Under the pieces are notes generated by a model. That model worked only from the letters and a program-made list of their open reading frames with translations. It did no database searches and had not been told where the DNA came from. Below are positions 1 to 8,164 of a DNA stretch of 32,000 nucleotides, piece by piece. A program made the position numbers and the translations under genes. Origin of the DNA: Methylorubrum extorquens (GTDB taxonomy: Bacteria; Pseudomonadota; Alphaproteobacteria; Rhizobiales; Beijerinckiaceae); contig LT962688.1 of the NCBI GenBank assembly GCA_900234795.1, forward strand, positions 60,001-92,000, written 5' to 3'. Positions within the stretch are counted from its first letter, which is position 1. Each line of letters starts with the position of its first letter.

Positions 1-775
1 CCGGCGGAATTCCATCCGCGAATGCGTGAAGTTCAACGGTTGACCACCACGAATTCCAACGGAGCTTCGCCATCGCACGTACGAGGGTGCTGAATTCATC
101 AAAGGCGTATGGCTGGCCCGCGAAGCCTATACGTATGCTTCGCGGCTGAGGGGACTCGGCCGGCGGAAGCGCCAGTGCAGGATCGAGTGCCGGGACAACC
201 GGCACGGCTCGCACGCCGAACTCCCGCCTATATGCATCACCCATTGCCCACGAGGCGGCGGCGCAGCTCCGCGCAGCTCGCAGGACGCATTCGAACTGCT
301 CTATTACGCAGGCAGAGCTTTCGGGATCAACATTATGAGCTCGCAGCCACCATCCGGGCGGGTCCATCACCTGGACGCGAAGCAGAAAATCGGAACTCGC
401 GAGAAGCTGATGGGCAACCCGGATCAAGGTTTGACCTTCGAGGACGATCCAGATCTCCTCGGCGTTCACGTCGCGCGCGAAGGCCATTAGCTCCGAGGTT
501 AGAGACGGAATGATCTTATCAACGACAACCTGCTCTTTACGTCGTACCTCGTCGTCAGGCGGGTAATACATCTCGTTTGGCTTCGCGACGATTTTGATCG
601 GTACGCGCTCTTCGTAGTGGGACGGCACGTGGGGCTTAAGGCTCGGATTCTGGATCGCAAAGATGCCGGCCGGGTAGCCAGATGCAGAAAGGATGCGGTC
701 CAAGAAAAGGCCGCCGCTATAATTCGTGCATGGTGGAACTCCAGCGACAAGAAGTACTCGATCAAGATGCGCCAT
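1..775 (-). CDS. putative glycosyltransferase (GT-B/GT4-like N-terminal half), 3' end lies outside the window
   Basis: Absent from the ORF track because it never reaches a stop inside the window. My own translation of the minus strand from ATG at 775 is open to position 1 (MAHLDRVLLVAGVPPCTNYSGGLFLDRILSASGYPAGIFAIQNPS...AMGDAYRREFGVRAVPVVP...IRIGFAGQPYAFDEFSTLVRAMAKLRW...). The ATG overlaps the stop (762-764) of the upstream gene by 14 nt. Family assignment is weak. Confidence 0.45.
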   Translation of the reverse strand, partial: MAHLDRVLLVAGVPPCTNYSGGLFLDRILSASGYPAGIFAIQNPSLKPHVPSHYEERVPIKIVAKPNEMYYPPDDEVRRKEQVVVDKIIPSLTSELMAFARDVNAEEIWIVLEGQTLIRVAHQLLASSDFLLRVQVMDPPGWWLRAHNVDPESSACVIEQFECVLRAARSCAAASWAMGDAYRREFGVRAVPVVPALDPALALPPAESPQPRSIRIGFAGQPYAFDEFSTLVRAMAKLRWNSWWSTVELHAFADGIPP

Positions 776-3289
776 TAGTGCCCAACCAGTTGAGGTAGTG
801 GGAAGGATCGAGAGATGTCACACTCTGTTCGATGGCCGAATGAGCAGTCTCGTTACGTACAGGAGGCTGGTTAAGAGCCTTGAGAGCTTTGATAACGTCT
901 TCGGCGGTCGGTTTTACAAGGCTAGTGGTGTGAGGGTGCCGGACGAGATCAGAAATGCCCGAACTCCACCCCGTCGTCAGGATGGGTAGTGCCGTGCGCG
1001 TCGCTTCCCGCGCGAGGAGAGCGAGCGAAACTGGATCGGCTGAGGGAAGCCACAGAAGTTGCGCGCGAGTCGCGCCGACATACTCCATGAGTGTTCCCTT
1101 GGACGATTGTTCGGCAAGATGGAGGGAGCGCCGCCGGAGGCAGCTCGGCGAGAGGCGAGGCATCCGGCCAAGTGCTGTGACACTGAAAGGAAGATCGTTC
1201 TCGTCTATGAAGCGGCAAACATCGTCCACCAAGTGGAGCTGCTCGCTGTCCAAAACGCTCGCGAAAATCAAAACGCGACACCGCCCGTCTATGTCGTTCC
1301 GGAATGAGCGAGCAGCAACATGACGCGGACCTGGCAGCCCAGGTAGAGACACTGTCTCGAAGTGCAAAGACGGATAGTCCCCGCAAAGCTTTTCGGAAAA
1401 TTCCCGCGTGGGCACAAGAACTCGCTCAGCACGCTGAAGCGGCTCCGCTAGTCTGCGGCCTTTGCGGCCCAATCGCGTTACACCTTCACTGCCCAGCAAT
1501 GTAATGTCGAACGGGAGTAAAAGGGCATCTAAGAATGAGTCCAGGATGCGCGATTGCCAGGACAATCCGATTACGTCGACACGTGTGACACCCCACTTGC
1601 GCAGCAGTGGACCAAGCCCGGCCGGACCAATGTTAAGCATCCGACGCGGACCCGTATTCACAGCGGTTCCTTGAACGACGAACGAAGGATGTTGGTCCTG
1701 CACGCCGTAAATCGTCAGGATGTTGACGAACCGGCACAACTGCTCGGTAAGCAGCTTGGCATAGAGATCAGCTTCTCGGCTATCATCAAGAACAAGAGCA
1801 AGGCACGGCTGTCCCGGTGGAAGTATCGGTGTGTCCAACGGAGAAAAATGCGAGGATGACTCGGGCGTTGATGATGGCAGTGAAGGAGGAACTACTTCAG
1901 CCCCAGCTGCTGGTCGAGGTGTAACGATGATATCGCCGCAAAGCGCGATCTGCCGAAGTCGGCCCCAACCCTCCCCAATCAGCTCGCGCTTTAGGGCAGC
2001 TTGTACCAATCCAATCCTAGTAACGGCGCCAGAGAACGGACCAAAAACTTTGCTTAATCCATCGTCCTCCAAGACAGCTTCGACTTCGCCTGTGAGAACT
2101 GGATCAAGACGAGCAGTGAACTCGGACCCATTAGAGGGTCTTGAGTCATCCAGAAAGAGGACTACGTCCGAATCTTGGCTGACGTCACAGATCCTCTTGA
2201 GGACCTCGGTCCAGCTAAGACTGTCGCTCAAAGGTAGGACTTTCCCGGAGCGGTGCATCTGAGCGATGTTACGGCAAACGGCTGTCGGGCTGACAGCGGA
2301 CCTCTCTACCGTGAAAAGAAGGCGCGTAGCGCTGTACCCGCTAGCGGCAAGGCGAGCCTGTACCAGCAGCCCCTCCTCCAGGCGCGAGCCTGGTGCAACG
2401 ATGGTCAACACTTGGCGTGCGCGCAACTCGCAGCCCCAACTCTCCAGCCAAGTACCGGCGCCCGGCATAGGCGCCATGTAAGGAGCAGTCTGATGCAGCC
2501 GGGACGAAAGCCGCATTTCGGAAGATTCGACGTGCTGACGTTGATCGCCGGTAATTTCGGCTAGCATCTCCATCCAGAGCGTGCCGGCTTCGTCGAGGTG
2601 CCGGCCGTCTCGGGAGCCCTGGTCCGGGTGCTGTCGGCTCTGGACAAGAACTCCAGGCACCGGAACGAAGCGGAAGTGCCGCGACATTCGGAACCAGAGT
2701 TGGTAATCTTGGGTCGTGGGCAAACTTTCGTCGAAAGTGCCAGCGACTTCAAAGCAAATTCGGGGGATTAACAGCGCACAACCGTTGAGCCTGCCCTCCA
2801 AGACATTCCAAACTGCATGCTCGTTCGCTTTAACAGAGTTTGTAGCGTCGACTGGCTGCAGTATATTTCGAAAGCGGTCGATGAGCACGAAATCGCTGAA
2901 CGCGATTGCCGGCTGCGGCAGCCGTTGCAACGCCTCGACTTGCGTAGCTATTTTCGCAGGGTAGTAAAGATCGTCGTGGCTGAGCCAGCTAAAATAGGCT
3001 CCTGTCATCGCGTGAATGCCAGCATTCAACGCGGAGGCAACGCCGCCGTTCGGTTTGTGGATGTAGCGGATCTGGTCTCTTACGACTCCGCCACTGATCG
3101 CGTTGCGCCATCATCGTTCGATCCATCGTCGACGACGACGACTTCGATGTTCTGCCAAGTCTGAGCCAGAACACTGTCAATAGCTTCAGCCAGCCATTTT
3201 CCACCGTTGAAGACTGGAATGATAACAGAAACGAGTGGTCCACCCCTAACAGACAGCAAGTTCGGGCTCGCTTTGCACGTGTCAGACAC
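762..3289 (-). pseudogene. large multidomain glycosyltransferase (GT2 N-terminal domain, unknown middle, GT4-like C-terminal domain) interrupted by an apparent 1-nt frameshift near 3080-3090
   Basis: ORF 3080..3289 encodes a canonical GT2 start ([50 protein letters not shown]). The frame of ORF 762..3029 is open upstream of its listed TTG start and reads ...RDQIRYIHKPNGGVASALNAGIHAMTGAYFSWLSHDDLYYP, the continuation of the same GT2 core. The two pieces are offset by one base. The C-terminal ~200 aa (RVLIFASV...ALPILTTGWSSGISDLV...) resemble a GT4 Rossmann domain. A sequencing error could mimic the frameshift. Confidence 0.55.
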
Positions 3290-3300
3290 AGGTGACCTCG

Positions 3301-4542
3301 TCAGGACGAACGCGAGGCGCGATTCGCCTCTATCATGGCGGCGTAAGCGCGGAGGACAGGTTCACGATTGAGGGCCGGATCCCAGCGTCGTTCCACCTCC
3401 TCACGGTTGCGAAGGGCGGCGGCATCCACGAGTTCGTCATCCTCGGCAGCACGGATTAGGGCCTGCGCCATCGCGGCCGTGTCGTGCGGATCGACGATAA
3501 AGGCATCGCGGCCGTTGCGTACCCATTCCGACGCACAGGAGGTGTTACCGACGATTGGGAAGGTTCCGACACTCATCGCTTCCAGCAGCGTCGTGCCAAT
3601 CCCATCCGAGATCCCCGCTCCGATGACGATCCGGGCGTCGGCGAGGCGTCGCATGGCGTCTGAATGCCGTTCCAAGTGCGGCGCCGCGTCGATGTCTAGG
3701 CCGGTGGATGTCCGAATTTCGGATATCGCCCGGCTTCCTTGGGAACCTGTGAAGAGCACCTGAATAGGACGTGTCCTAAGCCGAGGCGCAGCCAAATAGA
3801 TGGCCGACAAGATTTGCAGGCCTCGACCGGACCAGCCATGATAACCCTTGACCAGGATCGCCTGGCGTCTGGATGGGGGCAGCGCGCCTTCCTCGGCATC
3901 AATTTGCATGCCGCCTGAAGCAGGCAGAGGATCGAAGGCGGCACCGTTGTAACCGAGCGAGCGCGCCAATGCGACGTCGCGGCCGCATTCCGCCCAATAA
4001 CCGTCAATATGATTAAACAAGCGATGAATTATGGTTCTGTGTCGTGGCAGCTTTATAAACAGCTGGATGTCGCTTCCCCAATTCGACAGAAGCCAGGGTG
4101 GAAACGTTCCACCAATTCTCCGCTTCGCTTCGAGCGTCAGGTAACCTGCGACCTGTACTTCCATACTGTGTACGAGATCCGGATCGAGCGCGCGGATCGC
4201 CGAGGTAACGTGATGGGCGGTGAAGAGTTGGACCGAGCTGGCGAAAGCCGGGTGCTCCTCGCGCTGGAAGCCTGCACCGATCTCCACCGCTCCTGCTTCT
4301 GCCCAAGAGATTGAGCTGTGATCAAAAATGCCCACCTCGCCGGGCTGAAGGGTATGAATGTCATCTTCGCCTCTGACGAAGCGGAACGGCGCGAGTTCCC
4401 CGACAGGAGGGGCGTCCATAACCGGAATCACGATGAAGCGCGTATCGTCGTCGCGAACCATTGCAAGCCATCGGGCGACGTGGATACTGTTGACCATCGC
4501 GACAACCGCAACGACGGGACCGCTCTTCCTCTTCGAGGTCAT
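3301..4542 (-). CDS. glycosyltransferase family 4 (GT-B, group 1)
   Basis: The C-terminal region [55 protein letters not shown] is the typical GT4 E-x7-E donor-binding region. ATG at 4542; a TTG at 4557 is an alternative start. The stop lies 9 nt upstream of the next minus-strand gene. Confidence 0.8.
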   Translation of the reverse strand: MTSKRKSGPVVAVVAMVNSIHVARWLAMVRDDDTRFIVIPVMDAPPVGELAPFRFVRGEDDIHTLQPGEVGIFDHSSISWAEAGAVEIGAGFQREEHPAFASSVQLFTAHHVTSAIRALDPDLVHSMEVQVAGYLTLEAKRRIGGTFPPWLLSNWGSDIQLFIKLPRHRTIIHRLFNHIDGYWAECGRDVALARSLGYNGAAFDPLPASGGMQIDAEEGALPPSRRQAILVKGYHGWSGRGLQILSAIYLAAPRLRTRPIQVLFTGSQGSRAISEIRTSTGLDIDAAPHLERHSDAMRRLADARIVIGAGISDGIGTTLLEAMSVGTFPIVGNTSCASEWVRNGRDAFIVDPHDTAAMAQALIRAAEDDELVDAAALRNREEVERRWDPALNREPVLRAYAAMIEANRASRSS

Positions 4543-4547
4543 TGAAA

Positions 4548-5011
4548 TTAGTTCCAAAGGCAGGCAGCAAGAATATTAGCCAGGTGTCGCGTGTCGTGTG
4601 CAGCTCTCGCCGACTTAATCGCCTGTGTCAGCCCCTCGCTACGCAGCGGAAACTGAACTGCGACGATCATCGGGATAGCCCTCATCTCGGCAGCGATCAG
4701 CAAGGGATGCTCGGCGCAATCGAAGGTGACGCTGGCATAGAGATTCGCGCCGATAAGCGCTTTCTCGCCCTCTTCGCCCGCGATGAGACGCACATCAGCC
4801 CCGGTGTCATATCCAAGGACAAGAGCCGCGACGGGTACGACTGGCGCTGTTGCCCTATGACGTCGATGGAGACCTCGCTAAGGCGGGGACCGCACAGGTG
4901 GAGCGACGAGATTAGGTGAAGCGCGCGTCCCTGCTCATCTTCGCGACCATCGATGACAAGACGCACGACCGGTGGGTTGTTATGGCCTTCGGGAGAAGCA
5001 GAAGTGCCCAT
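4548..5011 (-). pseudogene. hypothetical protein, apparently frameshifted (two overlapping ORF pieces)
   Basis: ORF 4697..5032 (…NPPVVRLVIDGREDEQGRALHLISSLHLCGPRLSEVSIDVIGQQRQ) and ORF 4548..4793 overlap. The frame of the latter is open further upstream (…APVVPVAALVLGYDTGADVRLIAGEEGEKALIGANLYASVTFDCAEHPLLIAAEMRAIPMIVAVQF…). Together they look like one ~150-aa gene offset by 1 nt around 4800-4830. The stop at 4548 lies 5 nt from the GT4 ATG, an operon-like spacing. No family recognised. Confidence 0.25.
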
Positions 5012-5399
5012 TTTCAATGCGCTAAGCCTCAATGTGTGCAGACAAACAGCCCGGCCGCTGCATTGTCACCAATGATTTACAGACTGACAACGTCACTGCA
5101 CCTCGTTGTCTCGTCCGAACCATCAAAGGAAAGGTCACGATGGCGCTACATAGCTCGTGCAAGCATCATGCGACAGTGAAGCTTGTCGAGCAGGTGGACC
5201 CTTACGCGATCTTTCCTCGCACGGAAAGCGGGCTGCGCTAACCGGGCGCCCAGGCCGTACCGCACTTAGCAAACCATTGCCGGCGGATGCGGGGCGACAG
5301 TAGGTTCACGTACGGGGGCGCTGGTGGGCTTAGAAGTCAACGGCTCCGGTCTGCGCATCGCTGCTTCACATCCGACCGCCACGAACTTTCAAACGCTAA

Positions 5400-5892
5400 G
5401 ACCGTCACCGGCGATCAGGTGACTGCCACCGTCGAGGTTTACCTCGCAGATCCTGAGGCGGGCGGGTCAACGACAAGCGGTTCGAGTGGATCTGTCGGCG
5501 GGAAGGCCTGAAAGCACCGGCCAGGCAATCCAAGCGTGGACGCATCCGGGACGGGGACGGCTCATGCCTGCGGCTACGGGCAGCCTCTCAACCATCATAG
5601 TCCCGGGGTTTCAGGGGATTAATGCCGCACGCAGATCAGCCGATCAGCCTCAACCCAATCAACGCCACTGTGCTTCTGAGCAGGCCATCCGCTGCACGTC
5701 TTGGCGGCGGATGCCGCCACAGCGAGGCGTAGGCCAATCCCGATGCTGGGCCGGTCGGATGGCTTCCCGCCATTGCCAGATGAAAAGCAGGAACAAAGAT
5801 CCTCACCCCAGTGTTTCGCCGCAACGAGACCATACATCTCGGCGAAATCAGTCGCTTATCGACCACCAGTCCATGAAGGTGCAATAAAATAA
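5400..5892 (+). mobile_element. degenerate IS3-family transposase (OrfB) relic
   Basis: 5466-5600 translates to VNDKRFEWICRREGLKAPARQSKRGRIRDGDGSCLRLRAASQPS*. This matches the conserved ...VNxKRVERIWRREGLKVPxKQPKRGRLWLNDGSCIRLR... stretch of IS3-family (IS407/IS2-like) OrfB as I remember it. The upstream ...TSQILRRAG is in another frame. A second piece ending ...ATRPYISAKSVAYRPPVHEGAIK* (stop 5890-5892) resembles the OrfB C-terminal ...RPHSSLGYRPPAPE motif. The DDE core is missing and stops and frameshifts are present. Confidence 0.6.
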
Positions 5893-5914
5893 CTTAAGTT
5901 ACGAAGCTCGATTT

Positions 5915-5944
5915 TTGAATATATTTGCACGTTTTCTGTAAGCA
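5915..5944 (+). promoter_or_regulatory. candidate sigma-70-type promoter in an AT-rich spacer upstream of the 12-gene operon
   Basis: TTGAAT (5915-5920), 18 nt, TAAGCA (5939-5944), inside the only strongly AT-rich stretch of this region (5880-5963). AGGAG at 5946-5950 precedes the ATG at 5964. Hexamer matches are modest. Confidence 0.2.
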
Positions 5945-5963
5945 CAGGAGTCGTCGCGCAAAT

Positions 5964-7076
5964 ATGAAGAAACTGGCTCTGATCACCGGTGGAGCAGGCT
6001 TTATAGGCCGGCATCTTGCGAGTGCGCTGCTGGCGCGGGGTTACCGAGTCCGCGTGCTCGATAGCCTGATCGAGCAGGTGCATGGCGGCACCGGCCAGCC
6101 CCTCTCTCTCGATCCGGGCGTGGAGTTCGTCGAGGGCGATGTCCGTGACGCCGAGGCGGTGGCGCGGGCGATTGCGGGTGCGACCCATGTCGTCCACCTG
6201 GCGGCGGAGGTCGGCGTCGGGCAGAGCATGTACGCGGTCGAACGCTACGTCTCGGTCAATGATTGTGGGACCGCGACCCTGTTTCAGGCGCTGATCGAGG
6301 CGCCGGTACAGCGCGTCGTCGTCGCTTCCTCCATGAGCATCTACGGCGAGGGCCTCTACCGGACGGAAGCCGATGCCACCGTTGAGGACGCCGTGCGCCC
6401 GCCGCGCCGCCCCGGCGAACCGTGGGATCCGCCCGATCAGCAGGGCCGCCCGATGCGCCCCGTGCCGACCCCAGAATCGAAGCGCCCGGCGCTCGCCTCG
6501 GTCTATGCGCTGACGAAGTACATGCAGGAACGCCTGACGCTCACGCTCGCCCCCGCCTACGGCATGGAGGGCGTGGCGCTCCGCCTTTGGAACGTCTACG
6601 GGCCGGGCCAGGCGCTCTCGAACCCGTATACCGGCGTGCTGGCGATCTTCGCGGCGCGCCTCCTCCACGGACAGCCGCCGATGATCTTCGAGGACGGCGA
6701 GCAGCGGCGCGATTTCGTACATGTCGAGGATGTGGCCCAGGCCTTCGTGCTGGCGCTGGAGCACCCGGCCGCCGCCGGGCAGGTCTACAATGTCGGCTCC
6801 GGCGAGGACCGCACCGTCAACGAGGTGGCGCGTCTGCTCGCCCGCGCCATGGGTCGCGAGGAGATCGCTCCGCAGATTACGGGGCAGGCGCGGGCCGGCG
6901 ACATCCGGCACTGCATCGCGGACATCGGCAAGATCACCCGCGAACTCGGCTACGCGCCAAAGCGCGACTTCGCCGAAGGATTAGCCGAACTCGCGGCATG
7001 GGTTGCCGAGCAGCAGGCGGTCGACCGCGTGGCCGAGGCAAGGCGCGAACTCGAAGCCCGAGGTCTCGTCGCGTGA
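5964..7076 (+). CDS. NAD-dependent epimerase/dehydratase (extended SDR, UDP-hexose 4-epimerase-like)
   Basis: MKKLALITGGAGFIGRHLASALLARGYRVRVLD (GxxGxxG Rossmann fold), a YALTK catalytic YxxxK, and a C-terminal substrate domain. AGGAG lies 13 nt upstream. The start was chosen over the track start 5925 because the Rossmann motif then sits at residues 8-16. Confidence 0.85.
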   Translation: MKKLALITGGAGFIGRHLASALLARGYRVRVLDSLIEQVHGGTGQPLSLDPGVEFVEGDVRDAEAVARAIAGATHVVHLAAEVGVGQSMYAVERYVSVNDCGTATLFQALIEAPVQRVVVASSMSIYGEGLYRTEADATVEDAVRPPRRPGEPWDPPDQQGRPMRPVPTPESKRPALASVYALTKYMQERLTLTLAPAYGMEGVALRLWNVYGPGQALSNPYTGVLAIFAARLLHGQPPMIFEDGEQRRDFVHVEDVAQAFVLALEHPAAAGQVYNVGSGEDRTVNEVARLLARAMGREEIAPQITGQARAGDIRHCIADIGKITRELGYAPKRDFAEGLAELAAWVAEQQAVDRVAEARRELEARGLVA

Positions 7077-8164
7077 GCGGGCCGGCCACGACCGCCACGC
7101 GCCCGGTCCTCGTCACGGGTGGTGCCGGCTTCGTCGGCGCCAACCTCGCCGACCAGCTCGCCGCCGAGGGGCAGACCGTCCTCGTCTACGATGCTCTGAC
7201 GCGTCCCGGCGTCGAGGCGAACCTGGCTTGGCTCACCGAGCGCCACGGCGCGCGGATCGTGCCGGTGATCGCCGACATCCGCGACGGTGCTGAGCTCGCC
7301 CTCGCGGTGCGGGAGGCCGGCGCGGTGTTCCACTTCGCCGCCCAAGTTGCTGTGACGACGAGCATGACCGCGCCTTGGGAGGACATGGAGGTCAATCTCG
7401 GCGGTACGTTGACCCTGCTGGAGGCCCTGCGCGCCCGCCGGGGTGCGGTCCCGTTGCTCTTCGCCTCGACCAACAAGGTCTATGGCGGCTTGCCCGACGT
7501 TGAGCTGGCGGTCGAGGGTGACGCCTACCGGCCGACCGATCCAAACTTGCGCGCCCATGGTGTCGGCGAGGATCGCCCGCTCGATTTTCACACCCCCTAC
7601 GGCTGCTCGAAGGGCGCGGCGGATGCCTACGTGCTCGACTACGCCCGCAGCTACGGCTTGCCGACCGTCGTGATGCGCATGAGCTGCATCTACGGACCCC
7701 GCCAGATGGGCAACGAGGACCAGGGCTGGGTCGCCCATTTCCTGATCCGCGCACTGACGAACCGAACCGTGACCCTCTACGGCGACGGGCGGCAGGTGCG
7801 CGACATCCTTCATGTCCGCGACGCGGTCGCGGCCTACCGAGCGGCGCTGGCGCGGATCGACCGGGTGGCCGGACGAGCGTTCAACCTCGGCGGCGGCCCG
7901 GACAACGCGGTGAGCCTGCGCGGGCTGATCGCCCATCTCGGCACGCTGCTCGGGCGCGAGGTCGGGATCGAAACCGGCGCGTGGCGGCCCGGCGACCAGC
8001 GCTACTACGTCTCCGACACGCGCCGCGCCGCATCGATGCTCGGGCTCGAACCCCCGCTACCCTGGCGCGAGGGTGTGGCCGACCTCGCCGCGTGGCTCAC
8101 GCAATGGCTCGCCGTAGAGGCCACGACGAACCGGGCCGCCCGTCAACCGGAGGCGGTGCTATGA
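7073..8164 (+). CDS. NAD-dependent sugar-nucleotide epimerase, CDP-paratose/tyvelose 2-epimerase-like extended SDR
   Basis: GTG at 7073 overlaps the upstream stop (GTGA). VLVTGGAGFVGANL, STNKVYG, YGCSKGAADAYVLDYARSYGLPTVVMRMSCIYGPRQMGNEDQGWVAHF closely follow the RfbE-type 2-epimerase pattern as I recall it. The 580-aa track ORF start (6422) overlaps the previous gene and is rejected. Confidence 0.85.
   Translation: MSGPATTATRPVLVTGGAGFVGANLADQLAAEGQTVLVYDALTRPGVEANLAWLTERHGARIVPVIADIRDGAELALAVREAGAVFHFAAQVAVTTSMTAPWEDMEVNLGGTLTLLEALRARRGAVPLLFASTNKVYGGLPDVELAVEGDAYRPTDPNLRAHGVGEDRPLDFHTPYGCSKGAADAYVLDYARSYGLPTVVMRMSCIYGPRQMGNEDQGWVAHFLIRALTNRTVTLYGDGRQVRDILHVRDAVAAYRAALARIDRVAGRAFNLGGGPDNAVSLRGLIAHLGTLLGREVGIETGAWRPGDQRYYVSDTRRAASMLGLEPPLPWREGVADLAAWLTQWLAVEATTNRAARQPEAVL

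Noticed and set aside
109-513. 134-aa plus-strand ORF (MAGPRSLYVCFAAEG…RRRRSSAQLAGR…).
   Set aside because: It is Arg-rich low complexity and lies antisense to a minus-strand frame that is open from 775 to the window edge and looks like a real protein.
499-765. 88-aa minus-strand ORF from the track.
   Set aside because: A different minus-strand frame starting at ATG 775 reads through this region and on to position 1 with protein-like sequence. The 88-aa ORF is an out-of-frame shadow.
5619-5884. Minus-strand ORFs 5619..5837 and 5636..5884 inside the IS relic; considered as a second mobile-element gene.
   Set aside because: No transposase-like motifs were recognised. The plus strand of the same region carries the OrfB C-terminal-like …RPYISAKSVAYRPPVHE piece, so these are more likely shadow ORFs in decayed DNA.
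6422-7072. Long N-terminal extensions offered by the ORF track. Examples: 6422 for the second SDR gene, 7981 for the radical SAM gene, 9009 for the GT4, 9824 for the first CgeB-like gene, 14833 for ino1, 15765 for the phosphatase, 17443 for the hydrolase, 25500 for kdpC and 31482 for the catalase-like gene.
   Set aside because: The extensions overlap the preceding well-supported gene in another frame and are Arg/Pro-rich nonsense. They would also place the Rossmann or N-terminal motifs hundreds of residues into the protein. Internal ATG/GTG starts that overlap the upstream stop by 1-10 nt fit far better.
5880-8160. Looked for a cobalamin riboswitch or other leader structure ahead of the B12-dependent radical SAM gene or the operon.
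   Set aside because: The radical SAM gene has no leader because it overlaps the upstream gene. The operon leader is only ~80 nt of AT-rich sequence, too short and unstructured for a B12 riboswitch.
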